Position numbers and translations under genes: made by a program. Positions 1-10,239 of a stretch of 64,000 bases of DNA are shown here, piece after piece (the stretch's first letter is position 1; every line of letters starts with the position of its first letter). Source of the stretch: Deltaproteobacteria bacterium. GTDB lineage: Bacteria > Myxococcota_A > Polyangia > Fen-1088. Under the pieces are notes generated by a model. That model worked only from the letters and a program-made list of their open reading frames with translations. It ran no database searches and was not told the DNA's origin. The stretch covers positions 192,001 to 256,000 of the forward strand of contig JANRKS010000002.1 of NCBI GenBank assembly GCA_033763315.1, in the 5' to 3' direction.

Positions 1-2586
1 ATGCGACGCTGGCGACGTGGATTGCGCTGTTCCGGCGTGCTGGGCGTACGCTGGCTGGCATTCGTGTGCGCCACCGCGCCCGTTCCTGTGATGGCACAGA
101 CGCTCACCAAGCCACCCCGCCTCGTCGAGTTCGTTGAGGCGGAACAACCAACGGAGCCGGGGCCGAGCGTGGTGGTCCTGGCCATCGACATCGGGACTGA
201 CGGAGCGGTCGTGGCGACAGAGGTCGTCGAGTCAGGTGGCCCAGCATTCGACGAGCAGGCCATCGCTGCCGCGCGCAGGTTTCGATTCGAACCCGGAGAG
301 GTCGATGGCGTTCCGGCGCCCGTGCGCATCCACTATCGGTACAGTTTCGCAGCCATACCGAACTCGACAGCGCCGAAGTCGTTCGCGCTGGCGGGTCGGG
401 TCATGGACGAGGCGGGACGCCCGGTGGCAGGGGCTCGGGTAAGCCTCGCGGGCCAAAACTCTTGGGTAAGCACCGCGAGCGACGGACGCTTCGAGCTCCG
501 GGAGTTGTCTACGGGACCTTACGAGGTCGCCGCCCGACACGCCGATTACGTTCCCGTGCGCAGCCAGGTTTTCGTGGGGCCAGAGCGCGAGAATGCGATC
601 GCGCTCGTGTTGCGGCGCAAGCGGCGGGACGTGGACGACGAACAGGTCATTCGAGCCTCCCTATACCTGACACAGCCCGCCGCCGTGATGGTCCAGATGC
701 AGGACGCGACCAAGATTCCGGGCACCCAGGGGGACACGCTCAAGGTCGTGCAGAACCTCCCCGGGGTCGCGAGCAGCGCGACCGGCTCGGATCGGCTGGT
801 GGTCTGGGGTGCGGCGCCCGAGGACACGCGGGTGGTGGTCGACGGTGTCGAGCTCCCGGCGCTCTATCACCTCGGTGGGATCCGCTCGACGATCAACCCG
901 GCTCTCGTGGAGTCCATCGAGCTCGTGCCGGGGGCCTTCGGGGCGCCCTTCGGACGCGGGCTGGGCGGCCTCGTCCGGGTGCAGACCGGCACGTTGCCTT
1001 CGTCGGGTTTGAAGGGGCACGTTGCGCTCGATCTGCTCGACGCTTCCGCCGCCGTCGCCGGCCAGGCGGGACCGCGCCTTCGGGTGTTCGCGGCCAGCCG
1101 CCTCGGACACCTTCACCGCGTATTTCCCGCCATGGCGTCGGGCGAGGCCAGAGAGCTTTTCCCCGTACCACGATATCGAGACGCGCAAGCCAAGGTCGAG
1201 GGTGAGCTGCGGCCCGGCGAGACGCTCGCGGTTACCCTTCTCCATGCGGACGACGAGTTGGAGCAGCGCTTCGATGGGCGTTCGGCACGCGCCGAAAGGG
1301 GATTCACTGCCCTCATCGCCTCCTATCGCCGCCAGGTCGGTCCGTCCCGGGTCGATGTGACCCCCAGCTTCGTGTCTTCGCGCCGTGCGGAGGAACTCCG
1401 TTTCGGCGAGACACCGGCGTCGATTCGCGTCGATGAGGCACGCCCGGGGCTGCGCGCGAACTTCCATCGCCGCGCGCTCGGGATGGATCTCGATGCGGGT
1501 CTGGACGCGCTCGTCGTTCTCGCGCAGGTGAGCCGGCGCGGTTCGCTCACGCGACCGTCACGCGAGGGCGACGTGCGAGTGTTCGGGCAACCCCCTGGTG
1601 ACGATGTAACAGCCGATGATTATCGCATCGCCGTCGCGGATGTCGGGCTCTACGCTCAGGTCGGCATCGAGATTGGGCGATTGCGCTTGACCCCGGGGGT
1701 GCGGGCGGACGTGCTGCTGCTGGATGGTGACAGGCTGAACGTGCCCTTCGGAGAAGCGCCCCGCATCGGTTTCACCCGGCAGACCACGACAATCGATCCG
1801 CGAATTCTGGCGCGTTTTCCCCTGGGTCGCTCTGCGTCGGTACACGCCGCAGCCGGTGTGCACCATCAACCGCCCCCACCGGAGACGTTGAGTGCCGCAT
1901 TCGGGAACCCCGGTCTCGGGCCCTCGCGCGCCCTGCATCTCGTGGCGGGAACACAACATGGCATTACCCGTACTCTGACGCTGGAGGCGACTGGTTTCCT
2001 CGAGAGCTTCTCGTCGCTCGTCGCCCGCAATCCGCTGCCCAACCCGGCGCTTGGCGAAGCCTTGACGGGCGAGGGGAAGGGGCGGAGCTTCGGCGTCCAG
2101 TTGCTCCTGCGACGCCAGTTCCAAGCGGGTCTGTCCGGATGGCTCAGCTACACGCTCGCGCGGAGCGATCGAACGGATGCGCCGGGCCTACCTCGTCGCC
2201 TGTTCGACTTCGACCAGACGCACGTGCTGACCATCAACGCCACGCGAACGCTCGGCGCGTGGACGTTCGGGGGCCGATTCCGGTATTCGTCGGGGTACCC
2301 GCGCACACCCGTCACTGGTGCCTTCCTCGATACGCGTAGCGGCCGCTATCAACCGCTGTTCGGGCGCCACAACAGCGAGCGCCTGCCTGACTTCGCCCAG
2401 CTCGATCTCAGGGTCGAACGGATGCTGCGGTTGCCTGTGGGCGATCTCGCGCTCTATCTCGACCTGCAGAACGTCGGCAATCGCGGCAACGTCTCCGAGG
2501 TGACCTATGACTTCGACTTCCGCCAGCGCCGCTTCATCCCGGCGTTGCCGATGTTGGCCATCGCGGGAGCCAGGTGGTCGTTCTGA
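1..2586 (+). CDS. TonB-dependent receptor with N-terminal TonB-C and carboxypeptidase-regulatory-like domains
   Basis: Signal peptide; TonB-C-like segment (FDEQAIAAARRFRFEP); plug motif (VVQNLPGV...VDGVELPALYH); beta-barrel C-terminus ending ARWSF. Confidence 0.85.
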   Translation: MRRWRRGLRCSGVLGVRWLAFVCATAPVPVMAQTLTKPPRLVEFVEAEQPTEPGPSVVVLAIDIGTDGAVVATEVVESGGPAFDEQAIAAARRFRFEPGEVDGVPAPVRIHYRYSFAAIPNSTAPKSFALAGRVMDEAGRPVAGARVSLAGQNSWVSTASDGRFELRELSTGPYEVAARHADYVPVRSQVFVGPERENAIALVLRRKRRDVDDEQVIRASLYLTQPAAVMVQMQDATKIPGTQGDTLKVVQNLPGVASSATGSDRLVVWGAAPEDTRVVVDGVELPALYHLGGIRSTINPALVESIELVPGAFGAPFGRGLGGLVRVQTGTLPSSGLKGHVALDLLDASAAVAGQAGPRLRVFAASRLGHLHRVFPAMASGEARELFPVPRYRDAQAKVEGELRPGETLAVTLLHADDELEQRFDGRSARAERGFTALIASYRRQVGPSRVDVTPSFVSSRRAEELRFGETPASIRVDEARPGLRANFHRRALGMDLDAGLDALVVLAQVSRRGSLTRPSREGDVRVFGQPPGDDVTADDYRIAVADVGLYAQVGIEIGRLRLTPGVRADVLLLDGDRLNVPFGEAPRIGFTRQTTTIDPRILARFPLGRSASVHAAAGVHHQPPPPETLSAAFGNPGLGPSRALHLVAGTQHGITRTLTLEATGFLESFSSLVARNPLPNPALGEALTGEGKGRSFGVQLLLRRQFQAGLSGWLSYTLARSDRTDAPGLPRRLFDFDQTHVLTINATRTLGAWTFGGRFRYSSGYPRTPVTGAFLDTRSGRYQPLFGRHNSERLPDFAQLDLRVERMLRLPVGDLALYLDLQNVGNRGNVSEVTYDFDFRQRRFIPALPMLAIAGARWSF

Positions 2587-3473
2587 TGATGGTGAAAAAA
2601 CGCTTCCCGATGTCGCGATTGCCGCTCCTGCTCGCTTTTGCAGCCACGGCTTGTGCGCCTGAGGTGGGCGAGCCCGCATGGCTAGTGGCCCGCCCACGCA
2701 TCCTCGCCGTCAAGAGCGTGCCGGCGGAGGTGCGCCCTGGAGATGCGGTGACTCTCGACCTCTTGCTGGCCGGAGCGCCTCCGCACGTTGCGGCCCAGTC
2801 CCAATGGAGCGTGTGCAAAACGGCCAAGCCGCCGATCGAGGACAATGTGGTCGCGCGCGCTTGCGTCGACGAGCCGGGCACACCGGCAGCAGTGGGGCCA
2901 TCTGTCTCGATTGCCATGCCCGCCGATGCGTGCCGGGTGTTCGGCCCCGATCCGCCCGGACCCGGTCTAAGGGCGCGTGATCCCGACGTCACCGGTGGTT
3001 ACTATCAGCCCGTGCGCGTGCAGGCGGCGGGGGAGGTTGCCTTTGCGATGGTGCGTGTGTTTTGCAATCTTCCCCAGGCCTCTCGCGCGGTGGCGCAAGC
3101 CTATCGCGAACAGTATCGATTGAACCAAGCCCCTGTGCTGGGGCCGCTCCTCATCGATGGTGCGGCGGCTCGGGCTGTACCCGGGGGGAGCCTTCATCGT
3201 TTGTCTGTCCCGGCGGCCGGGCGGGAGGGGTACGTTCGCTTCGACGCCCTGGCCGGGGCGCTGCAACCGGCGGTGGAAAGCCTGCGGGCCACCTGGTTCG
3301 TCACCGGCGGCTCGCTCGAGGACGATGACGATGACAATGACGCCAATCAGGGTCAAGCCGATGTGCGGTGGACGGCACCCGCCGGGGGCGCGCCGGTGGA
3401 AATATTCGTCGTGCTCCGTGACAGTCGCAGCGGCGTCGACTTCCGGACCGCGGTGGTGGACGTGCTCCCCTGA
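2574..3473 (+). CDS. Lipoprotein partner of the TonB-dependent receptor
   Basis: Lipobox-like ATAC; PRILAVKSVPAE motif; overlaps the receptor stop codon. Confidence 0.6.
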   Translation: MVVLMMVKKRFPMSRLPLLLAFAATACAPEVGEPAWLVARPRILAVKSVPAEVRPGDAVTLDLLLAGAPPHVAAQSQWSVCKTAKPPIEDNVVARACVDEPGTPAAVGPSVSIAMPADACRVFGPDPPGPGLRARDPDVTGGYYQPVRVQAAGEVAFAMVRVFCNLPQASRAVAQAYREQYRLNQAPVLGPLLIDGAAARAVPGGSLHRLSVPAAGREGYVRFDALAGALQPAVESLRATWFVTGGSLEDDDDDNDANQGQADVRWTAPAGGAPVEIFVVLRDSRSGVDFRTAVVDVLP

Positions 3474-3776
3474 CGGCGATCCTCACCGGAAGCGAAGCTC
3501 GCAGCACCCGAGGTCGATGCCGCGCCCCGCGCCGCGGATGCTGGCCCTGGTTGCAGGCGGAATATCGTAAATGATGCGTTGACCCTGGCGATGGGCTGCC
3601 ACGAGACCCATACCGCGCAGGATGGAGAGATGGCGTGATGCCAGCGATTGGGGAAGCTGTAACGTCCTGCACAAGTCGCTCACCGACAGAGCCGACTCGA
3701 GCAGCGCGCGCATGATGGCGAGCCGAGACGGATCGGCAAGCGCCTTGAGCAGAGTGGCGCAGCTCGGGCTGGCAAC

Positions 3777-5345
3777 TGGGTGTAGATCCGACCGTGACGG
3801 TGATTTCCGGGAAATCGAGAGCGGCGGGAATTTTGGCGAAACGAACGGAATTGCAGGGGTATGAACCACCTGCGCGTTCTCAAGGGTAACGAAGTCAATG
3901 GAGGTCGGCGGACGGAAGCGCCATCGATAGCCAAGCTGCGGGCGATCCTGGAAGATGAGGGGATGCGCCGCCGCAAAGACGGGGAAACTTTCGAAGACTT
4001 CGAGAAGCGACTGCATCAGCAGTTGCAGGAAGTCGAGCGCGAACTGCTGGCCGAAGATCTGTCGCGTGCCGATGTGGACGCTGCGGCGATCGTGGTTGAA
4101 GGCAGGACATACCGACGGGTGCTGCGTTCGGCGGAGACCTACATGACGGCCGCAGGTCCTGTGCGGGTGGACAGAACGCTCTACAAAGACCGGAGCGAGG
4201 AACTCGAGCGGGCGATCGTACCGATGGAGCTCACGACCGGCGTGGTGGGCGGCCTGTGGACGCCGCTGGCAGCGCAGCAGGCGGCGTGGGTGGTGTCGCA
4301 GATGACGCCGCAGACCGCCGAGGAGCTCTTCGAGCGGGTTGGGAACATGAAGCCGTCCAAGAGCAGCCTCGACCGCTTGCCGAAGATTCTCGCGGAACAC
4401 TGGAACGAGGACAAGCGGCGTTTCGAGGAGACGTTGCGCGAGGCGATGGACATTCCGGAAGAAGCGGTGTCCGTGATGGTCAGCCTTGATGGGGTCCTTG
4501 CGCCGATGAAGGACGGCGGTGCGGTTGCGACACGCGCTGAAACGGCAGCGCGCGGTCAGGTTGCCAAGGGGCCGGCAGGCTATCGGGAGATTGGCTGCGG
4601 GACGCTTTCGTTCTGCGACAGTGATGGGAAGTGTGTGGCGGCCGTGCGAATGGCGCGCATGCCCGAGCCCCACAAGGCTTCGTTGAAAGAGGCCTTGAAA
4701 GCGGAGCTCGCCGAGGCACTTCGCAAACGCCCGGACCTCAAGCTCGTAAAGGCCGCCGATGGGGCCAACGACAACTGGACGTTCCTGCACAAGGAGCTGC
4801 CGGTAGGCGATGAAGTCGTAGACTTCTTCCACGCAGCCGATCACCTGCACACTGCGATTGCCACCGCCTATGGCGATGGCACCGTCGAAAGCCGCCGGCG
4901 CTTCAACGACCTGCGATACGTGCTGCTCGAGGAAGAGGGCGGGGTCAAGAAGGTTATCCGCTCCCTCGAATACTTGCACCAGAAGCACCCCCGCCGGCAG
5001 GTCATTGCCAGCGAATTGGCGTATTTCCGCAAACGTCAGAAGCGGATGAAGTACGCAGAGCTGAAGGCTCAAGGTCTTCCCGTCGGTACAGGAGTTACCG
5101 AAGCGGCCTGCAAGACGCTGGTGGCCCAGCGCCTCAAACAGAGCGGCATGCGGTGGGGCAAGGAAGGGGGCCAAGCGATCTTGAACCTGCGCGGTTGGGC
5201 ACAAAGCGATCGCTTCGATCAGGCCTGGGCTCTCCTTGCCGCCACGTTCCGTGCCGAAATCACCCTCGTCAATGGCGTCGTTTCGATCGACTCCGCTCGC
5301 AAGTGAAAACCTCGTGAGATCACGCCAGTTCGGGAGCTACACCCA
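3777..5345 (+). mobile_element. Insertion sequence, ISKra4/ISLre2-like (Mutator-related DDE)
   Basis: Terminal IRs TGGGTGTAGATCCG / TGGGTGTAGCTCCCG; 6-bp duplication GGCAAC at 3771-3776 and 5346-5351. Confidence 0.85.
3861..5306 (+). CDS. DDE transposase (ISKra4-like)
   Basis: SLDG, ADGANDNW, DFFHAADHL and GTGVTEAACK...RLKQSGMRW motifs. Confidence 0.88.
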   Translation: MNHLRVLKGNEVNGGRRTEAPSIAKLRAILEDEGMRRRKDGETFEDFEKRLHQQLQEVERELLAEDLSRADVDAAAIVVEGRTYRRVLRSAETYMTAAGPVRVDRTLYKDRSEELERAIVPMELTTGVVGGLWTPLAAQQAAWVVSQMTPQTAEELFERVGNMKPSKSSLDRLPKILAEHWNEDKRRFEETLREAMDIPEEAVSVMVSLDGVLAPMKDGGAVATRAETAARGQVAKGPAGYREIGCGTLSFCDSDGKCVAAVRMARMPEPHKASLKEALKAELAEALRKRPDLKLVKAADGANDNWTFLHKELPVGDEVVDFFHAADHLHTAIATAYGDGTVESRRRFNDLRYVLLEEEGGVKKVIRSLEYLHQKHPRRQVIASELAYFRKRQKRMKYAELKAQGLPVGTGVTEAACKTLVAQRLKQSGMRWGKEGGQAILNLRGWAQSDRFDQAWALLAATFRAEITLVNGVVSIDSARK

Positions 5346-5411
5346 GGCAACTTCGGTGGCGTGGGGGCGAGCCATGTCCGTTGCAGGTGCGCTGGTCCTC
5401 GTTCCGGCCGC

Positions 5412-6050
5412 TCAGAGCTCGGCGCCCGGTGTAGGCTGCCGAGAACCGGGGCTGAACTGCATGTCGGTGCTCGAATAGGAGGACCCGTACGTCTTCACCA
5501 GATTCACAACCTGAACGATGCCGTTCGTCACCTCTGAATCGCTCAGCGTCGACAATGGATGCACGAAGACCGACCATAACTTGCCCTCCCAGAGGGCGTA
5601 TTTGGCGTCGAGTGCGGTGTCGAAGTCGGCCTCGAGCAGCACGCGCATCCGCTCGGGGTCAATTGGTTGCTCCGAAACGATGGCCATGGCGCGCATGCGG
5701 TCGGCGGCTTCGTCTGTAATGACCATGACGGGGACACCCGAGATGGCGACGAGCCAGCGGCCCGCATCACCGTCGAGGTCGCGGAAGTGTCTCCGCAGGA
5801 GCTCCTCGAGCCCTCTGTTGTCGAGCGACTGTGGCGCGCACGCCCTGCCTTGGGGACCGGTGTTCGGGGCTCTGCTTGCGCCACGCGAAGCTGCCACCTC
5901 GGGACACGGGCTTCCCACGTCATGACTCGTGGGCACGTGCCGGCAGCCATCGAGAGAGGCGATGAGCAGCAAACTCAGCACAGTCCTCGTGCTCGTGCCA
6001 AGCGCAAACATCGCACCCCGAGCAGGCGGCGCCTGAACACGCGCGTTCAT
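5412..6050 (-). CDS. Hypothetical lipoprotein, possible YbjN/T3SS-chaperone-like fold
   Basis: Hydrophobic stretch plus LDGC; RMRVLLEADFDTALDAKYALWEGKLWSVFVHPL segment. Confidence 0.5.
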   Translation of the reverse strand: MNARVQAPPARGAMFALGTSTRTVLSLLLIASLDGCRHVPTSHDVGSPCPEVAASRGASRAPNTGPQGRACAPQSLDNRGLEELLRRHFRDLDGDAGRWLVAISGVPVMVITDEAADRMRAMAIVSEQPIDPERMRVLLEADFDTALDAKYALWEGKLWSVFVHPLSTLSDSEVTNGIVQVVNLVKTYGSSYSSTDMQFSPGSRQPTPGAEL

Positions 6051-6173
6051 TCCACCATCATATAACAGAGCAGAGGGCGAATCGGAATGTTCCGCCATCC
6101 TGAAAAAAAACCGGCCCCTGCTGGGTTTCTTCGGCCGGAAGCGGCGGGCGGAGCCGGGCCGCAAGGAGTGATG

Positions 6174-8303
6174 TCATTTCTGCAGTGCCCGGTACACCCC
6201 CGACCAGCTCTCCGGGGCCGGTGGATTGGCGAGCAGTGTCTCGCAGCGGGCCGCGAGCGCGCTCGACGGTGCATCGGAGCCGAGCGCCGCGAATGCACGG
6301 CGAGCGGCCTCGAATCGGCCCTCGAGGTACGCGTCCAGCGCGGCCTCGTAACGAGCGACCTTCTGCATCGCTTCTTCGTCTACCTCGCCGACTCGTCCCA
6401 TGAGCTCGTACACCGTGACCCCCTTGCTCTTTCCCTTGACAGCGATGCGGTCGATGCGCCTCCACACAAACCCCTCACGGGCGGCGTCCCGGACCGTCTC
6501 GCTCACCAGCGTCGTCGTGCCATAGAGCTTGTTGGCACCTTCGAGGCGTGCAGCGAGATTGACCCCGTCACCCATCGCGGTGTAGCTGAATCTGTCCGGA
6601 GCGCCGAAGTGTCCTACCATCGCGGTGTCGCGGTGCAACCCGAACCGTGTCACCCAAGCTGGCAGACCCGCCCATGCTGACGAATCGAAGAGCGCCCGCT
6701 CCGCGACCTGTGCTCGCAGGACCGCCTCGCAGGCGGCCCGCGGGTGTTCCGCGAGCGTTCGCGGCACGTTCCAGAGGGCCATCACGCCGTCTCCCATGTA
6801 CTTGTCGACGAGGCCGCCCGTCGAGGCGATGGCAGTCGCCACGGTCGACAGATACAGTCCCAGCGCCTCAGCCAAGCGCTCCGGAGGCATCGCCTCGGCC
6901 GTGGTGGTGAAGTCCTGCACGTCCGTGAACATGATGGTGAGGTCGATGCGACGTGCGCCCAGGCGCGGGTCCCGGTTATCGGCGAACAACTCGCGGACGA
7001 GGTCCACCGGAACGTAGCGGCCCATCGCGCGCAGAGCGGTCTTCGCCCGCTCGAGCGCGTCGTGAGCACCTTGCACCTCACGGAAGTGGGCCGGGCGCGG
7101 GTCGGGCGAGAAGTCGAGCGTGCACATCTTGCTGGCGTCAGCCACGACGCGATCGAATCCCTTGCGGAATGCCCGGAAGGCGAGCCACGCGAGCGCGATC
7201 ATCAGGGCCAGCGCCAGTGAAACGACGGCCATCGCCCGACGTTGTCGCGCACGCACATCATCGAGGAAGGCGCTCTCCGGAAAGACCACGCCCACCATCC
7301 AGTCCTGGGTGAACCCGGCCGGCAACGCTGTCAGCGTCGTGAGATAGGCACCGCCTCCTGCGGCGATGCGGGTGGTACGGGACTCACCAGCCTTCACCTT
7401 TGTCTGCCGGGCCCGCGCCAACGCCGCCACGACCTCGCTCGGCACCTCGCGATCTGAGACGCGAACATCGCCATCTCGATCAGGGCGACCCGCCTCGTCC
7501 AAAAGCACGTGACGATCGTTGGGCCGCATGCGTGTGATGAGGCGTCCATGCCGGTCAGAAACGAAAATGTGTCCCGCCTTGACACGGTCGTCATGCCCGG
7601 CGCGCGCGATGACTTCATCGAGGGCCGCCGCATGTACACCGGCGCGGATCACAAGCACCCGGCCTCGGTGCCGAATCGCCTTCTGCACCGTCACGACGAC
7701 CTCGGGTTCGCCTGCTGGTCGCGGTTCAGCGAAAGCCAGATCGCTCCACAACAATTGGCCGAAGTGCTGAGGGGCACTGGGCGTCGAGAAGGTCGGATGC
7801 TGGGTGGGATCCGAGGCCCCTGCCTCCTCGTCGGCAGCGTTCGGCGCTCGTCTCGTGGTGATCCAGCCCTTGGCCGACTGTCGCGTGATCTGGACGAGGA
7901 CTGTCGTGGGCGAGCTCCGCCTTGCGCTCAACTGCCACGAGAGGTCGCCGCCGGTGGTGCTGGCGAAGGTCACCGTCATCTCGGTCAAGTCCTGGTGCTC
8001 GAGAAGGCCGCCAACCACCGCCGCCTCGAGCCGGGTCGGATCGGAAAGCTCGATCAGATCGGCCGTCAGCCGGCGCTCGAAGCCGGAGATGGCGTGAGGT
8101 GCAATGTCGAGATGAGCGGAGATTTGTCTCGCTCGCTCCTGTCCCGTGGCAAGCGCGACGGCCTGCGCCCCGGCCAGGACGGCTGCTTGGCTCGCCTCGG
8201 CAAGCACAATGAAGGCCCCAATCGTGAGGGCGGCGGCGCCGAGTAGCAGCGCGGCGACGAGCCGGCCAAGCGAGAGCGAGTGGGGGCGGCGTTTCGGCAT
8301 CAA
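6174..8303 (-). CDS. Membrane class III adenylate/guanylate cyclase with extracytoplasmic sensor domain
   Basis: Two TM helices; IMFTDVQDFT, VDKYMGDGVMALW and YTAMGDGVNLAARLE motifs. Confidence 0.9.
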   Translation of the reverse strand: MMPKRRPHSLSLGRLVAALLLGAAALTIGAFIVLAEASQAAVLAGAQAVALATGQERARQISAHLDIAPHAISGFERRLTADLIELSDPTRLEAAVVGGLLEHQDLTEMTVTFASTTGGDLSWQLSARRSSPTTVLVQITRQSAKGWITTRRAPNAADEEAGASDPTQHPTFSTPSAPQHFGQLLWSDLAFAEPRPAGEPEVVVTVQKAIRHRGRVLVIRAGVHAAALDEVIARAGHDDRVKAGHIFVSDRHGRLITRMRPNDRHVLLDEAGRPDRDGDVRVSDREVPSEVVAALARARQTKVKAGESRTTRIAAGGGAYLTTLTALPAGFTQDWMVGVVFPESAFLDDVRARQRRAMAVVSLALALMIALAWLAFRAFRKGFDRVVADASKMCTLDFSPDPRPAHFREVQGAHDALERAKTALRAMGRYVPVDLVRELFADNRDPRLGARRIDLTIMFTDVQDFTTTAEAMPPERLAEALGLYLSTVATAIASTGGLVDKYMGDGVMALWNVPRTLAEHPRAACEAVLRAQVAERALFDSSAWAGLPAWVTRFGLHRDTAMVGHFGAPDRFSYTAMGDGVNLAARLEGANKLYGTTTLVSETVRDAAREGFVWRRIDRIAVKGKSKGVTVYELMGRVGEVDEEAMQKVARYEAALDAYLEGRFEAARRAFAALGSDAPSSALAARCETLLANPPAPESWSGVYRALQK

Positions 8304-8367
8304 GGCACGGGCGCATCATGATTGATGCACGATCGCGGCGCCGTAGCCAAGTCTTGCGGCGCCCCGT

Positions 8368-8985
8368 TCACTCATTTCTCCGCCCCAGCCCGGCCAGCCC
8401 CGCCTCGAGCTCGGCGATTCGGGCCAAGAGGGGTGCCGTCATCGCACCCAGTTCCTCACGCGTATAGCGCTCTGTGATGTGTTGCGGGCAGTTCCAGTCG
8501 AAGGCCTCGACCGCGATCGCGATGCCCCTCTCCACCCGCGCCCGGTAGTCAGGCACCTCGAGACGCGACAGGATAGCCTTGTCTTCTAGCCCCACGACCC
8601 GGGCGCGGCCGAACAGCTTGAGACGGGTCTTGTTCGGGTAGTCCATGAAGAACAGCGACACCCGGTCGTTCGTCATCAGGTTGCCGATGCTGACATACTG
8701 CCGATTGCCACGGAAATCCGCGAAGCCGATCGTGCCCTCGTCGAGCACACGCACGAAACCGGTCGGTCCGCCACGATGCTGGATGTAGGGCCAGCCTGTC
8801 TCGCCGACGGTGGCCATGTAGAGGGAGTTCCGCGCCGTGATGAACTCGACTTCTGCCTGTTCGAGCCGGCGGTTCACGGAATGCGGTACGCCCTCGACCC
8901 GGGCGTAGGACGTGCGGCTTCCCAGCTCCTCCTGCACCTTCCTCACGGTCGGGGTAAAAGCGATCTCGGCGAAATGGTGGGGCAT
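8368..8985 (-). CDS. Pyridoxamine 5'-phosphate oxidase-like FMN-binding protein
   Basis: GWPYIQHRGGPTGF, FADFRGNRQY and DWNCPQHIT motifs. Confidence 0.85.
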   Translation of the reverse strand: MPHHFAEIAFTPTVRKVQEELGSRTSYARVEGVPHSVNRRLEQAEVEFITARNSLYMATVGETGWPYIQHRGGPTGFVRVLDEGTIGFADFRGNRQYVSIGNLMTNDRVSLFFMDYPNKTRLKLFGRARVVGLEDKAILSRLEVPDYRARVERGIAIAVEAFDWNCPQHITERYTREELGAMTAPLLARIAELEAGLAGLGRRNE

Positions 8986-9009
8986 GGTGCTCTCCTCTTC
9001 GCCTGCGCC

Positions 9010-9495
9010 TCAAAGACCGAGATCCGAGAGGCCGGGATGGTCGAGGGGGCGCGGCCCCTGTGGCCAACGGAATTTCCGATCGCTCTCCCGGATTACCTGG
9101 TCGTTGATGCTCGCGAAGCGCAGGCGCATGAGTCCGTGGTCATCGAACTGCCAGTTCTCATTGCCATGGCTGCGGAACCAGTTCCCGGCGTCGTCGCGCC
9201 ACTCGTAGGCGAAACGGACGGCGATACGGTCGTCTGTGAAGGCCCACAGCTCCTTGATGAGGCGGTAGTCCAGCTCACGCGCCCATTTCCGCTGCAAGAA
9301 CGAGAGGATCGCAGCACGACCGACCGGAAACTCGGCGCGGTTGCGCCAGCGGCTGTCTTCCGCGTAGGCGAGCGACACCCGCTCAGGGTCGCGCGTGTTC
9401 CATGCGTCCTCCGCCATTCGCACCTTCTGGAACGCGGTTTCCCGGGTGAACGGCGGCAGTGGTGGTCGGGAACTGACGTGTGCGTTCTGGCTCAT
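9010..9495 (-). CDS. DUF1348 / NTF2-like protein
   Basis: RPPLPPFT...[10 protein letters not shown]...YRLIKELW...GNENW...RFASIND. Confidence 0.9.
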   Translation of the reverse strand: MSQNAHVSSRPPLPPFTRETAFQKVRMAEDAWNTRDPERVSLAYAEDSRWRNRAEFPVGRAAILSFLQRKWARELDYRLIKELWAFTDDRIAVRFAYEWRDDAGNWFRSHGNENWQFDDHGLMRLRFASINDQVIRESDRKFRWPQGPRPLDHPGLSDLGL

Positions 9496-9565
9496 CTCGT
9501 CTCCTTTGATGGTAGCTGGCGACGGTCGGCGCGGCCGAAGCCGCGCCGGCTCGCCTTGCGCCTGA

Positions 9566-10111
9566 TCAGGCGGCCTGCTTGAGCTCGACTCTGGGGAAAT
9601 CGATCTCTACCTGGGTTGCCTTGCCGAGCAGGTTGGTGAAGATGTTCATCGCGACGTGCGTGATGATCTCGACGATCTCGGCATCGGAATGACCAGCCGC
9701 GCGGACCGCGTCGAGCTCGGCGGCGGTCACCTGTCCTGCATGAGCGACGAGCGCACGTGCGAACGTGAGGGCGGCCTCCGCCTTGGCGTCGGACGACCGA
9801 CCGGCGCGGTTGGCGAGAATCTCCTGAGGGTCGAGGCCGGCCTTCCGGCCGATCGCCGTGTGCGCCGAGACGCAATATTGGCAGCCGTTCTGTTCGGCCA
9901 CCGCCAGCGCGATACGTTCGCGCGTTTTGGGTTCCAGCTCGCCGGCGCCGGCGATGCCGTGAATGCCGAGGAAGGCGCTCAGCGCTGCCGGCGAGTTCGC
10001 GAGCACACGAATGAAATTTGGAACCATGCCGAGTCCGGACTGGACGGCGTCCAGAAGCTGCTTGGCCTCGCCAGTGGCGGTTCGGGGGTCGATGACGGTA
10101 ACTCGAGCCAT
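9566..10111 (-). CDS. AhpD/carboxymuconolactone decarboxylase family peroxidase-related protein
   Basis: [20 protein letters not shown] motif. Confidence 0.88.
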   Translation of the reverse strand: MARVTVIDPRTATGEAKQLLDAVQSGLGMVPNFIRVLANSPAALSAFLGIHGIAGAGELEPKTRERIALAVAEQNGCQYCVSAHTAIGRKAGLDPQEILANRAGRSSDAKAEAALTFARALVAHAGQVTAAELDAVRAAGHSDAEIVEIITHVAMNIFTNLLGKATQVEIDFPRVELKQAA

Positions 10112-10239
10112 GTGATTGATCCTTTGGTGTTTGGGGTGCGGCGCCAAACAGCGCCGCTTCCCTCTCAATCTGGCTCAACGCTGTCGCTGAAAGAATGCAT
10201 GATGTATGCAACTGTTTGTTCCCTTCAGAGGAATGAATC

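Larger units (their letters stand above)
3483..5375 (-). pseudogene. ArsR/SmtB family repressor interrupted by an IS after codon 10
   Basis: Removing the IS and one GGCAAC copy restores MARPHATEVA|SPSCATLLKALADPSRLAIMRAL...SRHLSILR...GCCELRFR in frame (ATG at 5375). Confidence 0.85.

Noticed and set aside
3483-5204. 573-aa minus-strand ORF
   Set aside because: It is the antisense of the transposase running into the ArsR remnant.
8368-9495. Other in-frame TGA junctions (9010 to 8985; likewise 18952 to 18974 and 5412 to 5375)
   Set aside because: The upstream proteins look complete at their C-termini, the downstream genes have their own starts, and there is no Cys-equivalent position.
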